This document shows positions 40,901 to 55,700 of a stretch of DNA of 64,000 nt, in pieces. The notes beneath the pieces were generated by a model. It was not told the DNA's origin. It saw nothing but the letters and a program-made list of their open reading frames with translations, and ran no database searches. The position numbers were made by a program, and so were the translations under genes. Position 1 is the stretch's first letter, and the number at the start of each line of letters is the position of its first letter. The stretch is from assembly GCA_964057225.1 (NCBI GenBank), contig OZ059899.1, positions 1,736,001 to 1,800,000 of the forward strand, written 5' to 3'. The stretch comes from Auanema rhodensis. Its lineage: Eukaryota > Animalia > Nematoda.

Positions 40901-43900
40901 ATTAGTGTATGTTGAGTTTCCATGTACACTCAACATTGCTTCCAAAAACATTTTGACAAAAATTTTTTCGAAAAATTTCAAAATAATTTAGCAAAAAGTA
41001 GATGTTTTTAGATTCCATTTTTCAAGGCAAAGACGATGGACAATGTTATTCAACGAAAAAAATAATTCTTCAGGGTGAAAATCGAGGATATATGTGTGAA
41101 CTTATATCAGTTGATATCTCGGTGCATTTTTAAGCTAGCGCAAATCTGATAACACAGATCGACGCAGCTTAAAAATCCGCATCGAATGCACTATACTACA
41201 TTGAGAAACGCTTGATACAAAAATTAGTTATGATCGTTTGAAAAATGATGCATTAGTGTATGTTGAGTTTCCATGTACACTCAACATTGCTTCCAAAAAC
41301 ATTTTGACAAAAATTTTTTCGAAAAATTTCAAAATAATTTAGCAAAAAGTAGATGTTTTTAAATTCTTTTTTTCAAGGCAAAGACGATGGACAATGTTAT
41401 TCAACGAAAAAAATAATTCTTCAGGGTGAAAATCGAGGATATAAGTGTGAACTTATATCAGTTGATATCTCGGTGCATTTTTAAGCTAGCGCAAATCTGA
41501 TAACACAGATCGACGCAGCTTAAAAATCCGCATCGAATGCACTATACTACATTGAGAAAAACTTAATACAAAAATTAGTTATGATCGTTTGAAAAATGAT
41601 GCATTAGTGTATGTTGAGTTTCCATGTACACTCAACATTGCTTCCAAAAACATTTTGACAAAAATTTTTTCGAAAAATTTCAAAATAATTTAGCAAAAAG
41701 TAGATGTTTTTAGATTCCATTTTTCAAGGCAAAGACGATGGACAATGTTATTCAACGAAAAAAATAATTCTTCAGGGTGAAAATCGAGGATATAAGTGTG
41801 AACTTATATCAGTTGATATCTCGGTGCATTTTTAAGCTAGCGCAAATCTGATAACACAGATCGACGCAGCTTAAAAATCCGCATCGAATGCACTATACTA
41901 CATTGAGAAACGCTTGATACAAAAATTAGTTAAGATCGTTTGAAAAATGATGCATTAGTGTATGTTGAGTTTCCATGTACACTCAACATTGCTTCCAAAA
42001 ACATTTTGACAAAAATTTTTTCGAAAAATTTCAAAATAATTTAGCAAAAAGTAGATGTTTTTAGATTCCATTTTTCAAGGCAAAGACGATGGACAATGTT
42101 ATTCAACGAAAAAAATAATTCTTCAGGGTGAAAATCGAGGATATATGTGTGAACTTATATCAGTTGATATCTCGGTGCATTTTTAAGCTAGCGCAAATCT
42201 GATAACACAGATCGACGCAGCTTAAAAATCCGCATCGAATGCACTATACTACATTGAGAAACGCTTGATACAAAAATTAGTTATGATCGTTTGAAAAATG
42301 ATGCATTAGTGTATGTTGAGTTTCCATGTACACTCAACATTGCTTCCAAAAACATTTTGACAAAAATTTTTTCGAAAAATTTCAGAATAATTTAGCAAAA
42401 AGTAGATGTTTTTAGATTCCTTTTTTCAAGGCAAAGACGATAGACAATGTTATTCAACGAAAAAATTAATTCTTCAGGGTGAAAATCGAGGATATAAGTG
42501 TGAACTTATATCAGTTGATATCTCGGTGCATTTTCAAGCTAGCGCAAATCTGATAACACAGATCGACGCAGCTTAAAAATCCGCATCGAATGCACTATAC
42601 TAAATTGAGAAACGCTTGATACAAAAATTAGTTATGATCGTTTGAAAAATGATGCATTAGTGTATGTTGAGTTTCCATGTACACTCAACATTGCTTCCAA
42701 AAACATTTTGACAAAAATTTTTTCGAAAAATTTCAAGATAATTTAGCAAAAAGTTGATGTTTTTAGATTCCTTTTTTCAAGGCAAAGACGATAGACAATG
42801 TTATTCAACGAAAAAATTAATTCTTCAGGGTGAAAATCGAGGATATAAGTGTGAACTTATATCAGTTGATATCTCGGTGCATTTTTAAGCTAGCGCAAAT
42901 CTGATAACACAGATCGACGCAGCTTAAAAATCCGCATCGAATGCACTATACTAAATTGAGAAACGCTTGATACAAAAATTAGTTATGATCGTTTGAAAAA
43001 TGATGCATTAGTGTATGTTGAGTTTCCATGTACACTCAACATTGCTTCCAAAAACATTTTGACAAAAATTTTTTCGAAAAATTTCAAAATAATTTAGCAA
43101 AAAGTAGATGTTTTTAGATTCCATTTTTCAAGGCAAAGACGATGGACAATGTTATTCAACGAAAAAAATAATTCTTCAGGGTGAAAATCGAGGATATATG
43201 TGTGAACTTATATCAGTTGATATCTCGGTGCATTTTTAAGCTAGCGCAAATCTGATAACACAGATCGACGCAGCTTAAAAATCCGCATCGAATGCACTAT
43301 ACTACATTGAGAAACGCTTGATACAAAAATTAGTTATGATCGTTTGAAAAATGATGCATTAGTGTATGTTGAGTTTCCATGTACACTCAACATTGCTTCC
43401 AAAAACATTTTGACAAAAATTTTTTCGAAAAATTTCAAAATAATTTAGCAAAAAGTAGATGTTTTTAAATTCTTTTTTTCAAGGCAAAGACGATGGACAA
43501 TGTTATTCAACGAAAAAAATAATTCTTCAGGGTGAAAATCGAGGATATAAGTGTGAACTTATATCAGTTGATATCTCGGTGCATTTTTAAGCTAGCGCAA
43601 ATCTGATAACACAGATCGACGCAGCTTAAAAATCCGCATCGAATGCACTATACTACATTGAGAAACGCTTAATACAAAAATTAGTTATGATCGTTTGAAA
43701 AATGATGCATTAGTGTATGTTGAGTTTCCATGTACACTCAACATTGCTTCCAAAAACATTTTGACAAAAATTTTTTTGAAAAATTTCAGAATAATTTAGC
43801 AAAAAGTAGATGTTTTTAGATTCCATTTTTCAAGGCAAAGACGATAGACAGTGTTATTCAACAAGAAAATTAATTCTTCAGGGTGAAAATCGAGGATATA

Positions 43901-46717
43901 AGTGTGAACTTATATCAGTTGATATCTCGGTGCATTTTTAAGCTAGCGCAAATCTGATAACACAGATCGACGCAGCTTAAAAATCCGCATCGAATGCACT
44001 ATACTACATTGAGAAACGCTTAATACAAAAATTAGTTATGATCGTTTGAAAAATGATGCATTAGTGTATGTTGAGTTTCCATGTACACTCAACATTGCTT
44101 CCAAAAACATTTTGACAAAAATTTTTTCGAAAAATTTCAAAATAATTTAGCAAAAAGTAGATGTTTTTAGATTCCATTTTTCAAGGCAAAGACGATGGAC
44201 AATGTTATTCAACGAAAAAAATAATTCTTCAGGGTGAAAATCGAGGATATAAGTGTGAACTTATATCAGTTGATATCTCGGTGCATTTTTAAGCTAGCGC
44301 AAATCTGATAACACAGATCGACGCAGCTTAAAAATCCGCATCGAATGCACTATACTACATTGAGAAACGCTTGATACAAAAATTAGTTAAGATCGTTTGA
44401 AAAATGATGCATTAGTGTATGTTGAGTTTCCATGTACACTCAACATTGCTTCCAAAAACATTTTGACAAAAATTTTTTCGAAAAATTTCAAAATAATTTA
44501 GCAAAAAGTAGATGTTTTTAGATTCCATTTTTCAAGGCAAAGACGATGGACAATGTTATTCAACGAAAAAATTAATTCTTCAGAGTGAAAATCGAGGATA
44601 TAAGTGTGAACTTATATCAGTTGATATCTCGGTACATTTTTAAGCTAGCGCAAATCTGATAACACAGATCGACGCAACTTAAAAATCCGCATCGAATGCA
44701 CTATACTAAATTGAGAAACGCTTGATACAAAAATTAGTTATGATCGTTTGAAAAATGATGCATTAGTGTATGTTGAGTTTCCATGTACACTCAACATTGC
44801 TTCCAAAAACATTTTGACAAAAATTTTTTCGAAAAATTTCAAAATAATTTAGCAAAAAGTAGATGTTTTTAGATTCCATTTTTCAAGGCAAAGACGATGG
44901 ACAATGTTATTCAACGAAAAAAATAATTCTTCAGGGTGAAAATCGAGGATATATGTGTGAACTTATATCAGTTGATATCTCGGTGCATTTTTAAGCTAGC
45001 GCAAATCTGATAACACAGATCGACGCAGCTTAAAAATCCGCATCGAATGCACTATACTACATTGAGAAACGCTTGATACAAAAATTAGTTATGATCGTTT
45101 GAAAAATGATGCATTAGTGTATGTTGAGTTTCCATGTACACTCAACATTGCTTCCAAAAACATTTTGACAAAAATTTTTTCGAAAAATTTCAAAATAATT
45201 TAGCAAAAAGTAGATGTTTTTAAATTTTTTTTTTCAAGGCAAAGACGATGGACAATGTTATTCAACGAAAAAAATAATTCTTCAGGGTGAAAATCGAGGA
45301 TATAAGTGTGAACTTATATCAGTTGATATCTCGGTGCATTTTTAAGCTAGCGCAAATCTGATAACACAGATCGACGCAGCTTAAAAATCCGCATCGAATG
45401 CACTATACTAAATTGAGAAACGCTTGATACAAAAATTAGTTATGATCGTTTGAAAAATGATGCATTAGTGTATGTTGAGTTTCCATGTACACTCAACATT
45501 GCTTCCAAAAACATTTTGACAAAAATTTTTTCGAAAAATTTCAAAATAATTTAGCAAAAAGTAGATGTTTTTAGATTCCATTTTTCAAGGCAAAGACGAT
45601 GGACAATGTTATTCAACGAAAAAAATAATTCTTCAGGGTGAAAATCGAGGATATATGTGTGAACTTATATCAGTTGATATCTCGGTGCATTTTTAAGCTA
45701 GCGCAAATCTGATAACACAGATCGACGCAGCTTAAAAATCCGCATCGAATGCACTATACTACATTGAGAAACGCTTGATACAAAAATTAGTTATGATCGT
45801 TTGAAAAATGATGCATTAGTGTATGTTGAGTTTCCATGTACACTCAACATTGCTTCCAAAAACATTTTGACAAAAATTTTTTCGAAAAATTTCAAAATAA
45901 TTTAGCAAAAAGTAGATGTTTTTAAATTCTTTTTTTCAAGGCAAAGACGATGGACAATGTTATTCAACGAAAAAAATAATTCTTCAGGGTGAAAATCGAG
46001 GATATAAGTGTGAACTTATATCAGTTGATATCTCGGTGCATTTTTAAGCTAGCGCAAATCTGATAACACAGATCGACGCAGCTTAAAAATCCGCATCGAA
46101 TGCACTATACTACATTGAGAAACGCTTAATACAAAAATTAGTTATGATCGTTTGAAAAATGATGCATTAGTGTATGTTGAGTTTCCATGTACACTCAACA
46201 TTGCTTCCAAAAACATTTTGACAAAAATTTTTTTGAAAAATTTCAGAATAATTTAGCAAAAAGTAGATGTTTTTAGATTCCATTTTTCAAGGCAAAGACG
46301 ATAGACAGTGTTATTCAACAAGAAAATTAATTCTTCAGGGTGAAAATCGAGGATATAAGTGTGAACTTATATCAGTTGATATCTCGGTGCATTTTTAAGC
46401 TAGCGCAAATCTGATAACACAGATCGACGCAGCTTAAAAATCTGCATCGAATGCACTATACTACATTGAGAAAGGCTTAATACAAAAATTAGTTATGATC
46501 GTTTGAAAAATGATGCATTAGTGTATGTTGAGTTTCCATGTACACTCAACATTGCTTCCAAAAACATTTTGACAAAAATTTTTTCGAAAAATTTCAAAAT
46601 AATTTAGCAAAAAGTAGATGTTTTTAGATTCCATTTTTCAAGGCAAAGACGATGGACAATGTTATTCAACGAAAAAAATAATTCTTCAGGGTGAAAATCG
46701 AGGATATAAGTGTGAAC

Positions 46718-49700
46718 TTATATCAGTTGATATCTCGGTGCATTTTTAAGCTAGCGCAAATCTGATAACACAGATCGACGCAGCTTAAAAATCCGCATCG
46801 AATGCACTATACTAAATTGAGAAACGCTTGATACAAAAATTAGTTATGATCGTTTGAAAAATGATGCATTAGTGTATGTTGAGTTTCCATGTACACTCAA
46901 CATTGCTTCCAAAAACATTTTGACAAAAATTTTTTCGAAAAATTTCAAAATAATTTAGCAAAAAGTAGATGTTTTTAAATTCTTTTTTTCAAGGCAAAGA
47001 CGATGGACAATGTTATTCAACGAAAAAAATAATTCTTCAGGGTGAAAATCGAGGATATATGTGTGAACTTATATCAGTTGATATCTCGGTGCATTTTTAA
47101 GCTAGCGCAAATCTGATAACACAGATCGACGCAGCTTAAAAATCCGCATCGAATGCACTATACTACATTGAGAAAGGCTTAATACAAAAATTAGTTATGA
47201 TCGTTTGAAAAATGATGCATTAGTGTATGTTGAGTTTCCATGTACACTCAACATTGCTTCCAAAAACATTTTGACAAAAATTTTTTCGAAAAATTTCAAA
47301 ATAATTTAGCAAAAAGTAGATGTTTTTAGATTCCATTTTTCAAGGCAAAGACGATGGACAATGTTATTCAACGAAAAAAATAATTCTTCAGGGTGAAAAT
47401 CGAGGATATAAGTGTGAACTTATATCAGTTGATATCTCGGTGCATTTTTAAGCTAGCGCAAATCTGATAACACAGATCGACGCAGCTTAAAAATCCGCAT
47501 CGAATGCACTATACTACATTGAGAAACGCTTGATACAAAAATTAGTTATGATCGTTTGAAAAATGATGCATTAGTGTATGTTGAGTTTCCATGTACACTC
47601 AGCATTGCTTCCAAAAACATTTTGACAAAAATTTTTTTGAAAAATTTCAGAATAATTTAGCAAAAAGTAGATGTTTTTAGATTCCATTTTTCAAGGCAAA
47701 GACGATGGACAATGTTATTCAACGAAAAAAATAATTCTTCAGGGTGAAAATCGAGGATATAAGTGTGAACTTATATCAGTTGATATCTCGGTGCATTTTT
47801 AAGCTAGCGCAAATCTGATAACACAGATCGACGCAGCTTAAAAATCCGCATCGAATGCACTATACTACATTGAGAAAAACTTAATACAAAAATTAGTTAT
47901 GATCGTTTGAAAAATGATGCATTAGTGTATGTTGAGTTTCCATGTACACTCAACATTGCTTCCAAAAACATTTTGACAAAAATTTTTTCGAAAAATTTCA
48001 AAATAATTTAGCAAAAAGTAGATGTTTTTAGATTCCATTTTTCAAGGCAAAGACGATGGACAATGTTATTCAACGAAAAAAATAATTCTTCAGGGTGAAA
48101 ATCGAGGATATAAGTGTGAACTTATATCAGTTGATATCTCGGTGCATTTTTAAGCTAGCGCAAATCTGATAACACAGATCGACGCAGCTTAAAAATCCGC
48201 ATCGAATGCACTATACTACATTGAGAAACGCTTGATACAAAAATTAGTTAAGATCGTTTGAAAAATGATGCATTAGTGTATGTTGAGTTTCCATGTACAC
48301 TCAACATTGCTTCCAAAAACATTTTGACAAAAATTTTTTCGAAAAATTTCAAAATAATTTAGCAAAAAGTAGATGTTTTTAGATTCCATTTTTCAAGGCA
48401 AAGACGATGGACAATGTTATTCAACGAAAAAATTAATTCTTCAGAGTGAAAATCGAGGATATAAGTGTGAACTTATATCAGTTGATATCTCGGTACATTT
48501 TTAAGCTAGCGCAAATCTGATAACACAGATCGACGCAACTTAAAAATCCGCATCGAATGCACTATACTAAATTGAGAAACGCTTGATACAAAAATTAGTT
48601 ATGATCGTTTGAAAAATGATGCATTAGTGTATGTTGAGTTTCCATGTACACTCAGCATTGCTTCCAAAAACATTTTGACAAAAATTTTTTTGAAAAATTT
48701 CAGAATAATTTAGCAAAAAGTAGATGTTTTTAGATTCCATTTTTCAAGGCAAAGACGATGGACAATGTTATTCAACGAAAAAAATAATTCTTCAGGGTGA
48801 AAATCGAGGATATAAGTGTGAACTTATATCAGTTGATATCTCGGTGCATTTTTAAGCTAGCGCAAATCTGATAACACAGATCGACGCAGCTTAAAAATCC
48901 GCATCGAATGCACTATACTACATTGAGAAAAACTTAATACAAAAATTAGTTATGATCGTTTGAAAAATGATGCATTAGTGTATGTTGAGTTTCCATGTAC
49001 ACTCAACATTGCTTCCAAAAACATTTTGACAAAAATTTTTTCGAAAAATTTCAAAATAATTTAGCAAAAAGTAGATGTTTTTAGATTCCATTTTTCAAGG
49101 CAAAGACGATGGACAATGTTATTCAACGAAAAAAATAATTCTTCAGGGTGAAAATCGAGGATATAAGTGTGAACTTATATCAGTTGATATCTCGGTGCAT
49201 TTTTAAGCTAGCGCAAATCTGATAACACAGATCGACGCAGCTTAAAAATCCGCATCGAATGCACTATACTACATTGAGAAACGCTTGATACAAAAATTAG
49301 TTAAGATCGTTTGAAAAATGATGCATTAGTGTATGTTGAGTTTCCATGTACACTCAACATTGCTTCCAAAAACATTTTGACAAAAATTTTTTCGAAAAAT
49401 TTCAAAATAATTTAGCAAAAAGTAGATGTTTTTAGATTCCATTTTTCAAGGCAAAGACGATGGACAATGTTATTCAACGAAAAAATTAATTCTTCAGAGT
49501 GAAAATCGAGGATATAAGTGTGAACTTATATCAGTTGATATCTCGGTACATTTTTAAGCTAGCGCAAATCTGATAACACAGATCGACGCAACTTAAAAAT
49601 CCGCATCGAATGCACTATACTAAATTGAGAAACGCTTGATACAAAAATTAGTTATGATCGTTTGAAAAATGATGCATTAGTGTATGTTGAGTTTCCATGT

Positions 49701-52700
49701 ACACTCAACATTGCTTCCAAAAACATTTTGACAAAAATTTTTTCGAAAAATTTCAAAATAATTTAGCAAAAAGTAGATGTTTTTAGATTCCATTTTTCAA
49801 GGCAAAGACGATGGACAATGTTATTCAACGAAAAAAATAATTCTTCAGGGTGAAAATCGAGGATATATGTGTGAACTTATATCAGTTGATATCTCGGTGC
49901 ATTTTTAAGCTAGCGCAAATCTGATAACACAGATCGACGCAGCTTAAAAATCCGCATCGAATGCACTATACTACATTGAGAAACGCTTGATACAAAAATT
50001 AGTTATGATCGTTTGAAAAATGATGCATTAGTGTATGTTGAGTTTCCATGTACACTCAACATTGCTTCCAAAAACATTTTGACAAAAATTTTTTCGAAAA
50101 ATTTCAAAATAATTTAGCAAAAAGTAGATGTTTTTAAATTCTTTTTTTCAAGGCAAAGACGATGGACAATGTTATTCAACGAAAAAAATAATTCTTCAGG
50201 GTGAAAATCGAGGATATAAGTGTGAACTTATATCAGTTGATATCTCGGTGCATTTTTAAGCTAGCGCAAATCTGATAACACAGATCGACGCAGCTTAAAA
50301 ATCCGCATCGAATGCACTATACTAAATTGAGAAACGCTTGATACAAAAATTAGTTATGATCGTTTGAAAAATGATGCATTAGTGTATGTTGAGTTTCCAT
50401 GTACACTCAACATTGCTTCCAAAAACATTTTGACAAAAATTTTTTCGAAAAATTTCAAAATAATTTAGCAAAAAGTAGATGTTTTTAGATTCCATTTTTC
50501 AAGGCAAAGACGATGGACAATGTTATTCAACGAAAAAAATAATTTTTCAGGGTGAAAATCGAGGATATATGTGTGAACTTATATCAGTTGATATCTCGGT
50601 GCATTTTTAAGCTAGCGCAAATCTGATAACACAGATCGACGCAGCTTAAAAATCCGCATCGAATGCACTATACTACATTGAGAAACGCTTGATACAAAAA
50701 TTAGTTATGATCGTTTGAAAAATGATGCATTAGTGTATGTTGAGTTTCCATGTACACTCAACATTGCTTCCAAAAACATTTTGACAAAAATTTTTTCGAA
50801 AAATTTCAAAATAATTTAGCAAAAAGTAGATGTTTTTAAATTCTTTTTTTCAAGGCAAAGACGATGGACAATGTTATTCAACGAAAAAAATAATTCTTCA
50901 GGGTGAAAATCGAGGATATAAGTGTGAACTTATATCAGTTGATATCTCGGTGCATTTTTAAGCTAGCGCAAATCTGATAACACAGATCGACGCAGCTTAA
51001 AAATCCGCATCGAATGCACTATACTACATTGAGAAACGCTTAATACAAAAATTAGTTATGATCGTTTGAAAAATGATGCATTAGTGTATGTTGAGTTTCC
51101 ATGTACACTCAACATTGCTTCCAAAAACATTTTGACAAAAATTTTTTTGAAAAATTTCAGAATAATTTAGCAAAAAGTAGATGTTTTTAGATTCCATTTT
51201 TCAAGGCAAAGACGATAGACAGTGTTATTCAACAAGAAAATTAATTCTTCAGGGTGAAAATCGAGGATATAAGTGTGAACTTATATCAGTTGATATCTCG
51301 GTGCATTTTTAAGCTAGCGCAAATCTGATAACACAGATCGACGCAGCTTAAAAATCCGCATCGAATGCACTATACTACATTGAGAAAGGCTTAATACAAA
51401 AATTAGTTATGATCGTTTGAAAAATGATGCATTAGTGTATGTTGAGTTTCCATGTACACTCAACATTGCTTCCAAAAACATTTTGACAAAAATTTTTTCG
51501 AAAAATTTCAAAATAATTTAGCAAAAAGTAGATGTTTTTAGATTCCATTTTTCAAGGCAAAGACGATGGACAATGTTATTCAACGAAAAAAATAATTCTT
51601 CAGGGTGAAAATCGAGGATATAAGTGTGAACTTATATCAGTTGATATCTCGGTGCATTTTTAAGCTAGCGCAAATCTGATAACACAGATCGACGCAGCTT
51701 AAAAATCCGCATCGAATGCACTATACTACATTGAGAAACGCTTAATACAAAAATTAGTTATGATCGTTTGAAAAATGATGCATTAGTGTATGTTGAGTTT
51801 CCATGTACACTCAACATTGCTTCCAAAAACATTTTGACAAAAATTTTTTCGAAAAATTTCAAAATAATTTAGCAAAAAGTAGATGTTTTTAGATTCCATT
51901 TTTCAAGGCAAAGACGATGGACAATGTTATTCAACGAAAAAATTAATTCTTCAGAGTGAAAATCGAGGATATAAGTGTGAACTTATATCAGTTGATATCT
52001 CGGTGCATTTTTAAGCTAGCGCAAATCTGATAACACAGATCGACGCAACTTAAAAATCCGCATCGAATGCACTATACTAAATTGAGAAACGCTTGATACA
52101 AAAATTAGTTATGATCGTTTGAAAAATGATGCATTAGTGTATGTTGAGTTTCCATGTACACTCAACATTGCTTCCAAAAACATTTTGACAAAAATTTTTT
52201 CGAAAAATTTCAAAATAATTTAGCAAAAAGTAGATGTTTTTAGATTCCATTTTTCAAGGCAAAGACGATGGACAATGTTATTCAACGAAAAAAATAATTC
52301 TTCAGGGTGAAAATCGAGGATATATGTGTGAACTTATATCAGTTGATATCTCGGTGCATTTTTAAGCTAGCGCAAATCTGATAACACAGATCGACGCAGC
52401 TTAAAAATCCGCATCGAATGCACTATACTACATTGAGAAACGCTTGATACAAAAATTAGTTATGATCGTTTGAAAAATGATGCATTAGTGTATGTTGAGT
52501 TTCCATGTACACTCAACATTGCTTCCAAAAACATTTTGACAAAAATTTTTTCGAAAAATTTCAAAATAATTTAGCAAAAAGTAGATGTTTTTAAATTCTT
52601 TTTTTCAAGGCAAAGACGATGGACAATGTTATTCAACGAAAAAAATAATTCTTCAGGGTGAAAATCGAGGATATAAGTGTGAACTTATATCAGTTGATAT

Positions 52701-55700
52701 CTCGGTGCATTTTTAAGCTAGCGCAAATCTGATAACACAGATCGACGCAGCTTAAAAATCCGCATCGAATGCACTATACTAAATTGAGAAACGCTTGATA
52801 CAAAAATTAGTTATGATCGTTTGAAAAATGATGCATTAGTGTATGTTGAGTTTCCATGTACACTCAACATTGCTTCCAAAAACATTTTGACAAAAATTTT
52901 TTCGAAAAATTTCAAAATAATTTAGCAAAAAGTAGATGTTTTTAAATTCTTTTTTTCAAGGCAAAGACGATGGACAATGTTATTCAACGAAAAAAATAAT
53001 TCTTCAGGGTGAAAATCGAGGATATAAGTGTGAACTTATATCAGTTGATATCTCGGTGCATTTTTAAGCTAGCGCAAATCTGATAACACAGATCGACGCA
53101 GCTTAAAAATCCGCATCGAATGCACTATACTAAATTGAGAAACGCTTGATACAAAAATTAGTTATGATCGTTTGAAAAATGATGCATTAGTGTATGTTGA
53201 GTTTCCATGTACACTCAACATTGCTTCCAAAAACATTTTGACAAAAATTTTTTCGAAAAATTTCAAAATAATTTAGCAAAAAGTAGATGTTTTTAGATTC
53301 CATTTTTCAAGGCAAAGACGATGGACAATGTTATTCAACGAAAAAAATAATTCTTCAGGGTGAAAATCGAGGATATATGTGTGAACTTATATCAGTTGAT
53401 ATCTCGGTGCATTTTTAAGCTAGCGCAAATCTGATAACACAGATCGACGCAGCTTAAAAATCCGCATCGAATGCACTATACTACATTGAGAAACGCTTGA
53501 TACAAAAATTAGTTATGATCGTTTGAAAAATGATGCATTAGTGTATGTTGAGTTTCCATGTACACTCAACATTGCTTCCAAAAACATTTTGACAAAAATT
53601 TTTTCGAAAAATTTCAAAATAATTTAGCAAAAAGTAGATGTTTTTAAATTCTTTTTTTCAAGGCAAAGACGATGGACAATGTTATTCAACGAAAAAAATA
53701 ATTCTTCAGGGTGAAAATCGAGGATATAAGTGTGAACTTATATCAGTTGATATCTCGGTGCATTTTTAAGCTAGCGCAAATCTGATAACACAGATCGACG
53801 CAGCTTAAAAATCCGCATCGAATGCACTATACTACATTGAGAAACGCTTAATACAAAAATTAGTTATGATCGTTTGAAAAATGATGCATTAGTGTATGTT
53901 GAGTTTCCATGTACACTCAACATTGCTTCCAAAAACATTTTGACAAAAATTTTTTTGAAAAATTTCAGAATAATTTAGCAAAAAGTAGATGTTTTTAGAT
54001 TCCATTTTTCAAGGCAAAGACGATAGACAGTGTTATTCAACAAGAAAATTAATTCTTCAGGGTGAAAATCGAGGATATAAGTGTGAACTTATATCAGTTG
54101 ATATCTCGGTGCATTTTTAAGCTAGCGCAAATCTGATAACACAGATCGACGCAGCTTAAAAATCCGCATCGAATGCACTATACTACATTGAGAAAGGCTT
54201 AATACAAAAATTAGTTATGATCGTTTGAAAAATGATGCATTAGTGTATGTTGAGTTTCCATGTACACTCAACATTGCTTCCAAAAACATTTTGACAAAAA
54301 TTTTTTCGAAAAATTTCAAAATAATTTAGCAAAAAGTAGATGTTTTTAGATTCCATTTTTCAAGGCAAAGACGATGGACAATGTTATTCAACGAAAAAAA
54401 TAATTCTTCAGGGTGAAAATCGAGGATATAAGTGTGAACTTATATCAGTTGATATCTCGGTGCATTTTTAAGCTAGCGCAAATCTGATAACACAGATCGA
54501 CGCAGCTTAAAAATCCGCATCGAATGCACTATACTACATTGAGAAACGCTTAATACAAAAATTAGTTATGATCGTTTGAAAAATGATGCATTAGTGTATG
54601 TTGAGTTTCCATGTACACTCAACATTGCTTCCAAAAACATTTTGACAAAAATTTTTTCGAAAAATTTCAAAATAATTTAGCAAAAAGTAGATGTTTTTAG
54701 ATTCCATTTTTCAAGGCAAAGACGATGGACAATGTTATTCAACGAAAAAATTAATTCTTCAGAGCGAAAATCGAGGATATAAGTGTGAACTTATATCAGT
54801 TGATATCTCGGTGCATTTTTAAGCTAGCGCAAATCTGATAACACAGATCGACGCAACTTAAAAATCCGCATCGAATGCACTATACTACATTGAGAAACGC
54901 TTGATACAAAAATTAGTTATGATCGTTTGAAAAATGATGCATTAGTGTATGTTGAGTTTCCATGTATACTCAACATTGCTTCCAAAAACATTTTGACAAA
55001 AATTTTTTCGAAAAATTTCAAATAAATTTAGCAAAAAGTAGATGTTTTTAGATTCCATTTCTCAAGGCAAAGACGATGGACAATGTTATTCAACGAAAAA
55101 ATTAATTCTTCAGGGTGAAAATTGAGGATATAAGTGTGAATTTATATCAGTTGATATCTCGGTGCATTTTTAAGCTAGCGCAAATCTGATAACACAGATC
55201 GACGCAGCTTAAAAATCCGCATCGAATGCACTATACTAAATTGAGAAACGCTTGATACAAAAATTAGTTATGATCGTTTGAAAAATGATGCATTAGTGTA
55301 TGTTGAGTTTCCATGTACACTCAACATTGCTTCCAAAAACATTTTGACAAAAATTTTTTCGAAAAATTTCAAAATAATTTAGCAAAAAGTAGATGTTTTT
55401 AAATTCTTTTTTTCAAGGCAAAGACGATGGACAATGTTATTCAACGAAAAAAATAATTCTTCAGGGTGAAAATCGAGGATATATGTGTGAACTTATATCA
55501 GTTGATATCTCGGTGCATTTTTAAGCTAGCGCAAATCTGATAACACAGATCGACGCAGCTTAAAAATCCGCATCGAATGCACTATACTACATTGAGAAAG
55601 GCTTAATACAAAAATTAGTTATGATCGTTTGAAAAATGATGCATTAGTGTATGTTGAGTTTCCATGTACACTCAACATTGCTTCCAAAAACATTTTGACA

